This document shows, piece after piece, positions 24,026-31,700 of a DNA stretch of 38,209 bases. Each line of letters begins with the position of its first letter. Position 1 is the first letter of the stretch. The stretch is from a virus. The DNA is taken from the IMG/VR virus record IMGVR_UViG_3300017971_000504, one strand, 5' to 3'. The notes beneath the pieces were generated by a model. It did not search any database and was not told where the DNA came from. It saw only the letters and a program-made list of their open reading frames with translations. A program made the translations under genes and the position numbers.

Positions 24026-24927
24026 AGCCGTTGATCCCTTCCAAGCAGCTTTTCTTCTTTTTTCCACTGCCGATTAAAATACTTTTCCCAAGTAACCGAC
24101 TTGAATATCGCTTTATGATTTACCCATCGTGCAAAAGTCTTTTGGTAAAAATCATTTTTGTCGAGCGGCATAACGAACGGGTTTATCTTCATGCTTTTTA
24201 GTTTGTTTACTCTATACAAATCATGGTCACTCGGCTGCCTGCCTATCAGGACATAGCACATTAAATCGTAAGGCGGAATGAATCTCGTCATTAGAGATAT
24301 GCCTTTCATCACCGCTTGTTCATCGTATGGATTATCCCACGCGATCTTGAACCGCTTGTGTTTTTTCCTGATAATCTTCGTCAAAGAGTGTGCCTGCCTT
24401 AATGTTATCGTTCTTACATCAATTCCCTGTATGTCACATGGCAAATTTTTATCCCGTAGAAATTCAATCGATTTTTCCCATTCAGGATTTTCAAAAAAAC
24501 TGTTATCGCAAACCGTTATTGTCCTGCCGGCTGGGTTCAAGTTTTTCGGATCGACAGGGTGAATGTCGCCCTCTTTGTCGTGGACTATGCACCAGGGGCA
24601 TTGTCTTTTACAGCCTCGTGAAAACCATATATAGGAAGTGTCACACAATGGATAGATGCTGTAATCAAGCTGACTATTTTCAATGACTTTAGACAGACGT
24701 GATTTGACATTGTAACCGGTACCGCCGGTGATGACATCATCGGGGATTTGGCTTTTGTCCGTGTAAGTAAATAGAGAACTGCAAAAAACTGCGTTGAATT
24801 GTTTATGATTTTCCGGTGACCACCACTCGACTTTGTGACCTTTGCTTTTGTAATATCTCGCGATCTGCATATAGGCCGTGTTGTTGATACTCGGTTCGAT
24901 GTTAATAATCCCTATATTCATTTGCAT
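24022..24927 (-). CDS. radical SAM enzyme with an N-terminal Rossmann/B12-binding-like domain
   Basis: FSRGCKRQCPWC carries the CxxxCxxC motif after a roughly 100-aa N-terminal domain. It resembles a phage-borne radical SAM family of unknown function. Confidence 0.65.
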   Translation of the reverse strand: MQMNIGIINIEPSINNTAYMQIARYYKSKGHKVEWWSPENHKQFNAVFCSSLFTYTDKSQIPDDVITGGTGYNVKSRLSKVIENSQLDYSIYPLCDTSYIWFSRGCKRQCPWCIVHDKEGDIHPVDPKNLNPAGRTITVCDNSFFENPEWEKSIEFLRDKNLPCDIQGIDVRTITLRQAHSLTKIIRKKHKRFKIAWDNPYDEQAVMKGISLMTRFIPPYDLMCYVLIGRQPSDHDLYRVNKLKSMKINPFVMPLDKNDFYQKTFARWVNHKAIFKSVTWEKYFNRQWKKEEKLLGRDQRL

Positions 24928-24938
24928 CCTTGCAAAAC

Positions 24939-25139
24939 TTATTTTCCTGATAGACTTTCCCTCTTTAAATTATCAATACCCATTGCCGGCTTACTCAAGC
25001 TTTCTGTCTCGCCTTCATCATGTGGTATCGGATTTAACTGCCACTTGCCGCAACCAGGTGACAGATACTCAGTAACAATACGTTTGAAACCTGCAAACTT
25101 TCCGTCTTTTTTAAGTCTAAAATAATGAGGATTTTTCAT
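24939..25139 (-). CDS. hypothetical protein (66 aa from M25)
   Basis: ATG 25139..25137 avoids overlap with the upstream gene. The tracked ORF extends to 25211. Confidence 0.4.
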   Translation of the reverse strand: MKNPHYFRLKKDGKFAGFKRIVTEYLSPGCGKWQLNPIPHDEGETESLSKPAMGIDNLKRESLSGK

Positions 25140-25149
25140 GTCTATATTT

Positions 25150-25617
25150 CTATTGGTGTTTTTTCTTAGGGATAAGTTCAAAGTGAACCTTGGCAGGTGA
25201 TAACTGTCCAATTGAGCCTGTCATTAAATCACCTAATGCCAATACTCCCGCCAACGGTATGTCCAAACCTGTCCACCACTGCACGTCATACCAGGCAAAC
25301 GCTCCGTTACCTAACAGCCACGGCGTCAACGTGCAATTGACTTTGATTTTCATATCCTCATAGCCCATCAGCCGTGCCGTCAATATTGTACTGTCACTTC
25401 TTTTCAGGCTAATAACCCCCGGAGTCCTAACCCAGCATGTATAATCAGTTGGCGTAACGACCGCTCCAGGCGGATTTGATGTGACAACAATATCCTGTGT
25501 TGGCCCGTGCATGATTGTTCCACACCCACTTAATAAGATGCTTATAATCGTTAAAATATTTATTAACCAAACCAACAACTTGATACGCGAATACAACCTT
25601 TTCTTTTCATGATTCAT
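25150..25617 (-). CDS. lipoprotein (155 aa from M37)
   Basis: MNHEKKRLYSRIKLLVWLINILTIISILLSGC is a signal peptide with a perfect lipobox L-S-G-C. An AGAGGG RBS lies upstream of ATG 25617..25615. The mature part begins with a PEGA-like motif, QDIVVTSNPPGAVV. Confidence 0.7.
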   Translation of the reverse strand: MNHEKKRLYSRIKLLVWLINILTIISILLSGCGTIMHGPTQDIVVTSNPPGAVVTPTDYTCWVRTPGVISLKRSDSTILTARLMGYEDMKIKVNCTLTPWLLGNGAFAWYDVQWWTGLDIPLAGVLALGDLMTGSIGQLSPAKVHFELIPKKKHQ

Positions 25618-25995
25618 AATTTCCCTCTTTCTTTGATCCTTTAGGCAGCGGGGAACCGGAAGCCGTGGAAAACCGGTTCCCCACCACACAGTAAAATTTG
25701 TGCGGCGATGCTCAAGCCTGGGCACCTTTTCATTTTGGTTGGCTGCCTAACACCGCACAGCCCGTGGATATTCGTAAGCCGTCTTGATAGGATTAGATTT
25801 TTTGTTAGCGCTAAACGCTGGGGTGCTCTTACATCCATTCGGAACTGACATGCGGCCACCAACTCGCAAAGCTAATCGTCTCAACATCATCGACGGCAAT
25901 AATCCGGCGGTTCCCCCCGTGGCCTCCTCTGCCGATACTTATTCCGTTTCATTTAACCGCCGTTAATGTGTGTCAGGTTTGGGGCAAAAAAATGT

Positions 25996-26023
25996 TTGAC
26001 AGACGTGTTTTCGGTGTTATAAA
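25996..26023 (+). promoter_or_regulatory. near-consensus sigma70-type promoter
   Basis: TTGACA (25996..26001), a 16-nt spacer ending in TGt, then TATAAA (26018..26023). Confidence 0.55.
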
Positions 26024-26088
26024 ACTAACTTGTTCGCAGCAAAAAGCCGTTTTTTTAATGGGAAAGTAAAATTCCCAAGCTGAATGTC

Positions 26089-26113
26089 GTGGGTTCGAAT
26101 CCCATCGCCCGCT
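26089..26113 (+). other. tRNA 3' fragment (T-arm plus 3' acceptor strand); candidate attP core
   Basis: GTGGG-TTCGAAT-CCCAT-CGCCCGC-T. No matching 5' acceptor strand (GCGGGCG) lies upstream, so it is not a whole tRNA. It lies about 115 nt upstream of the integrase gene. Confidence 0.65.
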
Positions 26114-26119
26114 TTACGA

Positions 26120-26153
26120 GTAAGTAAGGAAGGAGCAAGAACTTACGGTTTTT
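26120..26153 (+). terminator. Rho-independent terminator directly after the tRNA fragment
   Basis: GTAAGT-N15-ACTTAC followed by GGTTTTT. Confidence 0.5.
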
Positions 26154-26229
26154 CACAGCGCAGAATTTTTTTGCTCTTTTTGTCTGGGGCAAAATTGGGA
26201 CATATTTTTTGGGCACCTTTGGGTCAAAG

Positions 26230-27189
26230 ATGGCTAATCTTAGTTACTTGAAAAAACGTAAACGTTGGAGGGTTCGCTGGCACGCAACCTGCAAAAACCC
26301 ACGTTATATCTTCTCAGGCTCAAAAAATTTCATCGAAAAATCTCAGGCGGTTGCCTTCTATGCCGAAATTGAATTGCAGGAAAAACTTGTCCGTGAAGGC
26401 AATGTCAAGCCAGGCGAATCAATGTCAGATGTCACCAATGATTTTTACAGACATATTACCCGACACACCATAAGAACTCAGCAGCATTACAAGTTTGTGA
26501 TAAAACGATTTGTGCAGAGCATACCAAATTCTATCATACGTATTCATCAACTCCGACCTGCCCATATTCAGGAGTATCTCTACAGGATGGCCGGCAAAAA
26601 GAACAGGACTCTAAATGCTCACTTAACTGTAATTAAGTCTTTCTGCCGTTACTTTAGCGAGCGGTATAATATCGATAATCCTGCAAGCCAGATTAAACTA
26701 CTCAAAGAAGATCCCCCGGAAAACCGTTGTCTTACAAAAGATGAATATCGCAAAGTTCTCGAAATCGCCGGGCCTCTCGCAAAAGACAGGATTGTATTCC
26801 TGGCTCATACGGGATTAAGGGCTTCGGAGTTCGCGTCTCTAAAACCGTCAAGCTTTAATAACGGCTGCATAACTATAACAGGCAAAGGCAGACGTCGCCG
26901 GACCATACCATTAAACAAGACAGCAAGGTCGCTGGTGCGTACTATTCAGCCGGCCTCTAAAAATGCCTTGTATTTGCAATTCTCTCGATTAGCTGTCAAG
27001 GCCGGAATTCCACCGTTCGGTCCACATGCCCTACGTCATTACTGTGCCACTCAGCTGCTACTCAATGGTGTTGCAGCCGCTACAGTCTCGAAAATCATGG
27101 GCGTTTCTGTCAGAGTGATCGAAAAACATTACGCACACATCTTAACGTCTGATATTAGCAATGCTACTGATGTTCTCGATGTACTATGA
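26230..27189 (+). CDS. int: tyrosine integrase (XerC/D-like phage integrase)
   Basis: HTGLRASE (Arg), HALRHYCAT (H-x-x-R) and EKHYAHI (catalytic Tyr). The N-terminal SAM-like domain starts at MANLSYLKKRKRWRVRW. The tracked ORF begins at TTG 26209. Confidence 0.9.
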   Translation: MANLSYLKKRKRWRVRWHATCKNPRYIFSGSKNFIEKSQAVAFYAEIELQEKLVREGNVKPGESMSDVTNDFYRHITRHTIRTQQHYKFVIKRFVQSIPNSIIRIHQLRPAHIQEYLYRMAGKKNRTLNAHLTVIKSFCRYFSERYNIDNPASQIKLLKEDPPENRCLTKDEYRKVLEIAGPLAKDRIVFLAHTGLRASEFASLKPSSFNNGCITITGKGRRRRTIPLNKTARSLVRTIQPASKNALYLQFSRLAVKAGIPPFGPHALRHYCATQLLLNGVAAATVSKIMGVSVRVIEKHYAHILTSDISNATDVLDVL

Positions 27190-27570
27190 AATTATGAAAG
27201 AGCTTTATTGCTATCAGGTAGAGCCGTAAACCGATCCAATATAGAAACAGGGCGGCTATTTTCCACCATCCTGGCTCTACCGTTATGTTCTGATTTTTTT
27301 GCATTTTTCTTTTGCTTTTTTAATCCGCCGTGTTAGTCTGATAACTGCACGGAGGCCGGCACGGAGGTAAATTCTTAATAAAAACTCGCTGGCGGATATT
27401 TTTTCGCTCGCAGCAAAGAAATGCCGCCAGTCGAGTAAAAACACAAATTTCGTTCGTGGCTTCTATAAGGGCTGATTGCTGCGAGCGTTAAGACCATTTA
27501 AATACCTTTCATTTCTAACCGATACTGTATCGGGTACACAGATAATCTGTCAATGTAAATTTGTAAATAA

Positions 27571-27588
27571 TTTGTGAAATTTCACAAA
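27571..27588. promoter_or_regulatory. perfect 18-bp palindrome TTTGTGAAATTTCACAAA (candidate operator)
   Basis: Read directly. It is flanked by three related half-site-like motifs (ATTTGTAAATAA, ATTTGTGGAATAA, AATTGTAATTGA). A TTGACT-16-TAGGAT promoter-like pair lies at 27611..27638. Confidence 0.6.
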
Positions 27589-27643
27589 AATATTTGTGGA
27601 ATAATTGTAATTGACTGAAATGTAAGGCTTTATAGGATTATGA

Positions 27644-28060
27644 GTGATGAAAAAAAGTGAAGAAAAAACTAACACTGGTTGGCCTGTTCCAGTCAAAATT
27701 AAGGAGGATTTTACAAAATTCTGTGCTGATAAAGGATTAGTTGCCCAGGAAGATTGTGCAGGTGCTTTATTTATTTGGCAGTATATACCGGCTGAAATCA
27801 GAGAAAGGGCCAAAGACCAGGCTAAAGGATTAGGAAAGGTCACAAAAAAGTTCTGGAAAAATAATTTCCATAATGCTGCAAAAAATTGTGTAATAACCGA
27901 TGCTGTTTCTAATAATGATTTGGACAAGATCGAACAGCAAGCAATACAGGACATTCGACTTGCCTGTCAGAAAGCTCGGAATATTGTATCTCGCTCTTTA
28001 GCTCAGAGTGAAGGGCAGAAACAAAACATCGATCAAAATGATGTCTCAGAAGCTGGTTAA
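27644..28060 (+). CDS. hypothetical protein (138 aa), lysogeny-side gene; possible regulator
   Basis: ORF downstream of the operator-like array, starting at GTG 27644 or ATG 27647. No motif recognised. Confidence 0.5.
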   Translation: MMKKSEEKTNTGWPVPVKIKEDFTKFCADKGLVAQEDCAGALFIWQYIPAEIRERAKDQAKGLGKVTKKFWKNNFHNAAKNCVITDAVSNNDLDKIEQQAIQDIRLACQKARNIVSRSLAQSEGQKQNIDQNDVSEAG

Positions 28061-28226
28061 TCTTTTCAATGTTACGCTCTTTGACAAAATCAATAGTCAC
28101 CGCTGTCATATAACTCTTCCTTTCCACCACCGTCCTTCAATCCCCTGCATATATAATGGCGTATGTCACTGGTGACTTGTTGATTATAAAATTAATAAAT
28201 ATTAAATATTTTTTGGGAGAGGAAAA

Positions 28227-28478
28227 ATGCCTTTACAAAAATGTCTGGATTGTGGCAAAGAAATATCTACAGCAGCATATAGTTGTCCACATTGCGGTAA
28301 ACCTAACCGCGTATTAATAAATCAGTCATCAAAAATACAACGCAAAGGGGGCATTTTTGAAGCTATTGGATTTATACTTATTATATGTGGTATTTTTAGT
28401 TGTCTTGTTAATTCTACATTAGGAATTCTATTGATAGTGATTGGATTTATTATTTTTCTGATAGGCAGATTTTTATAA
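28227..28478 (+). CDS. zinc-ribbon membrane protein (83 aa, two TM segments)
   Basis: CLDCG...CPHCG at the N-terminus, then two hydrophobic helices. GGGAGAGG RBS. Confidence 0.6.
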   Translation: MPLQKCLDCGKEISTAAYSCPHCGKPNRVLINQSSKIQRKGGIFEAIGFILIICGIFSCLVNSTLGILLIVIGFIIFLIGRFL

Positions 28479-28482
28479 ATAG

Positions 28483-28740
28483 TCAAGTGTTTACAACTGG
28501 TGACTTTCTAAATCTTTTGAGCTTGTTTTTAATGAAGCTACGAAGTGATTTAATCTTACTTTTGTCGGCCTTCGCTACTATTGATATTTGATGTAAATTC
28601 TCAACTGCATTTCTCAATTCAACTAATAAAACATTATTCCAGAAAAAAATGCACTTGAATTGCTCCTGTCCTCCGTCATTAAACATTTTTACCAATAGCC
28701 GGCAATCTTTACAATCGATATCCGAAAACGGGCAGTTCAT
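28483..28740 (-). CDS. hypothetical small Cys-containing protein (85 aa)
   Basis: Last ORF of the minus-strand late operon, after the J-like gene. Contains CPFSDIDCKDC. Confidence 0.45.
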   Translation of the reverse strand: MNCPFSDIDCKDCRLLVKMFNDGGQEQFKCIFFWNNVLLVELRNAVENLHQISIVAKADKSKIKSLRSFIKNKLKRFRKSPVVNT

Positions 28741-28751
28741 TTTTTTAACTC

Positions 28752-31700
28752 CTAAGCATTAATATCAAGTTTACATTCTACCAATACTGACAATCTTAAT
28801 CTTCCGTTCGCTCCGCTCAATTCAGAGTCAAAACGAATAGCCTTTGCTCCGGTACCGGTGATACTGCTTGTTATGTCTATTTCCGATTGATCCGCCGTGT
28901 AAGATGATGATTGACTCCCATAGCCGGAACCGTTGTCGATATGATAATGTATTTGCGGTGAATTTGTTTCTTCGTGTATTCCGTATGTTAGGCCGTGACT
29001 ATGAGACGGCGTTGTGTGCGTATGTGATGGCGCTGTGTGTGTGTGATTATTTATATTAACTGTGTGTGTGTGGTCTGGAAAATCGCAGAGGTGTGTATGA
29101 TTATTAAGTCCGTGGTCATGGTAACCCAGGGCCGCTGTATAAGTATTCCCCGGGTCTTCAGTCGATACGTTAATATAGCTCAATTGATGCCGATGATTTG
29201 TATTGCTTATCGAATGACTATGACTTATTTGAGCTATAGTATGTCGATGGTTTGTATAGCTTATCGAATGTCTGTGGGAACCACCGCCGGAGTCATAACC
29301 TGTGTAATTGTCCGCTCCATCTTCATAGCCTGTGTAATTGTCCGCTCCATCTTCATTGCCTGTGTTGCTGGACGCTCCATCTTCGTATTCGGTATAGTCA
29401 CTTGTTATCTCGTGGTTATGACTTGGCATTGTATGATAATGAGTGCCAAGGTCTGTCTGTGCCGTGTTTCCGGTTGCTGCTTCTGTAGCCTGGGGCCAAC
29501 TTACGCCGCCAGCTGCGGAAGTCACTGCGTCCGCTCCGTCCGCCGTCGTCGTTTGGTCACCACCGGCACCTGATGTTGACGCACCGTCTGTTTGGGACGT
29601 AGTCGAATAAGCTCGATAAGGCTTTATGAAGAAACTTAATTTAACAGACACAATTGCTATAGTCTCGGACACAATATGAAACGGACATTCAAAAGGCTTT
29701 GAGTTGTCAAGGCTGTCATAAAAATTGTAAACGTAGGTGTTTCTCAATTCGAGATATTGTTCCGCTCTGATAGTACCGGCCAGAAGAATTGCCGCGTGTA
29801 ACAGCTGAACACCGTTCGCCGGATATGCCACTCCTGATTTATTAACACACATCAACCAATTGCCGGCGGCAAGGGCTGTATTCGCGTCATTAGTTGTTCT
29901 AAACTGTGTAGTATAATTCGGGTCCCAATAAATAAATTCATCCGTCGTACTGCTCGGAGTTATTTCATAAGCAACGCCGCGATATCGGAAATAGATAGGC
30001 TCAGCTGCATCTCTTTTTTGCCAATCGACAGTATCAACAGAGTCACCAACCCAATCGCAATTGCTTAACCAGGGGATTTCTATATCAGGCCTGTTCGGTA
30101 ACATCTGGTGAACAATTCCTCTGACTTGCTCCTCTGTCAAAGGCGTTAGCAATTGCGTTGACGGGGCCGGCCAAACATAATTAGGGTCATCTATGTAAAG
30201 AGGTAAATTGTCACTATCAAATAAATCGGTGTCGTATGTTTCAAGCTCGACATCGATATAATTGTCCTCCCTTAGACTCATTTTGATAATTCGACGCAAC
30301 TTGATTTCGCCAGTTTTTCCAATCGCACAAACATTATTTTTCGTCGGCGTTACTGTCCACGTCTCTGCGATTGTCAATGTTTTATCGACCGTACTTTGTA
30401 CCGTGTAAGCCTCAACTGTTACCTCGTTGTTAATATCATCAAAGCTTTTTATGTAAACGAGTGAGCCGGCGGACACATTTAATGTCCTGTCAAGCTCGAC
30501 GGTATTATTGGAAGTGACATTGACAACACGAAAACTTTTGCCCCAATTCGGCACAGTAGCTTGAACACGAACAACACGGCCAGGCTTATATCGCAATGCG
30601 TCCTTAAACATTCTGCATGTGTTGATATTCTTAATCAGAGCGTTTCTTTGCATTACATGATTGCCGATTCTTATTGCAAGTGACTGACTTGTGACTCCAA
30701 TACCCTCGATGTCAATAGGTCTTGTGTATGTGCCGGCGTTTTCGTTCGGTACCGGAAAGCTTGTTCTTTCGTATCCGGCCAAAGAGTCTTTGAAGTAAAC
30801 TTCGGCACATCCGGCCATTTCCCCGTATCCGGCATAGCTATTTTTCCACGTCCTCGCCATCATGCAATCGAATGTTATTAAATCAATCGGATCATCAGTA
30901 GCTTTGTCGATCCATCCGGTTAATGTATGGCCTTGCCAATAAGGATACATTCTGCCGACCTGTGCAATCTCGTATGACAAACGCCACACATCTGTTGAAA
31001 AATCGCAGATTATGTCACATGTCATCCTATCTTCTGTACCGCCGTTACCATCGTCAACCTGCTGAGAACACCACTCAGCCCACTCATAAATGAAAGCAGT
31101 ATCAACCCTCGTCGGGCTTAGCCCTTCGTACCGCTCAATCGTATATGGTTCTCCCGCTCCGTCACCGCTAATTACAGGCTGTGTCACCTGGTCAAAATAT
31201 ATCCATGCTCGATTTCGTGTGTAACCAATCGACCATGATGTCCCGTTGTAAATATTGACAAGCTTGCCATCAGCAACCCACTTGACATTGAAGCTTCCAT
31301 GCAACCGCTCTGTTGCCAGGGCTATTATACCGAGCAATGCACGACCAGGCCTTCTAAACGCTACGTCAATGACCTCCCTAACCGACCTTACACCGACATC
31401 GTCGCCAAAACGAACAATTCCCTGGTCTGCTGTTGTTTTGGTGAATCTTAAATCGTATTTCTTGCCGCGTTCCACATAGCCCGGCGATTGTTCATTGACG
31501 CTATATTTTTTATAGACAGGCGACATCTGACTTTCACTGATACTTGTATTAAGCAGAGTTGTCCACGTCGCCAAACCTCTTTCGCTAATCTCAACTTTGA
31601 CACCTATCGAATGAGCGACCTGGTCGCCCATGTCCGTATAATGCCAAATGCCGCGTAGGAATTCGAGAGTGTATTCGATATCATTAAAATTCTGATTAGG

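Noticed and set aside
25618-25725. N-terminal 36-aa extension of the lipoprotein ORF (MPRLEHRR...)
   Set aside because: The internal ATG at 25617 has a strong RBS and gives a canonical signal peptide and lipobox. The extension covers the 10-bp leader hairpin.
26024-26113. Complete tRNA or tmRNA gene
   Set aside because: Only the T-arm and 3' acceptor strand are present. No GCGGGCG 5' acceptor strand, D-arm or anticodon arm can be drawn upstream, and tmRNAs normally start with GGGG pairing, which is absent.
27550-27954. Minus-strand 134-aa ORF
   Set aside because: It would run through the palindromic operator array and overlap most of the plus-strand 138-aa ORF. It has no RBS, and its hydrophobic low-complexity sequence is unconvincing.
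28868-29573. Plus-strand ORFs (63, 178 and 78 aa) rich in Cys/Val/Met
   Set aside because: They are antisense to the His-rich C-terminal region of the J-like gene. Their composition reflects CAT/CAC/GTG repeats on the opposite strand.
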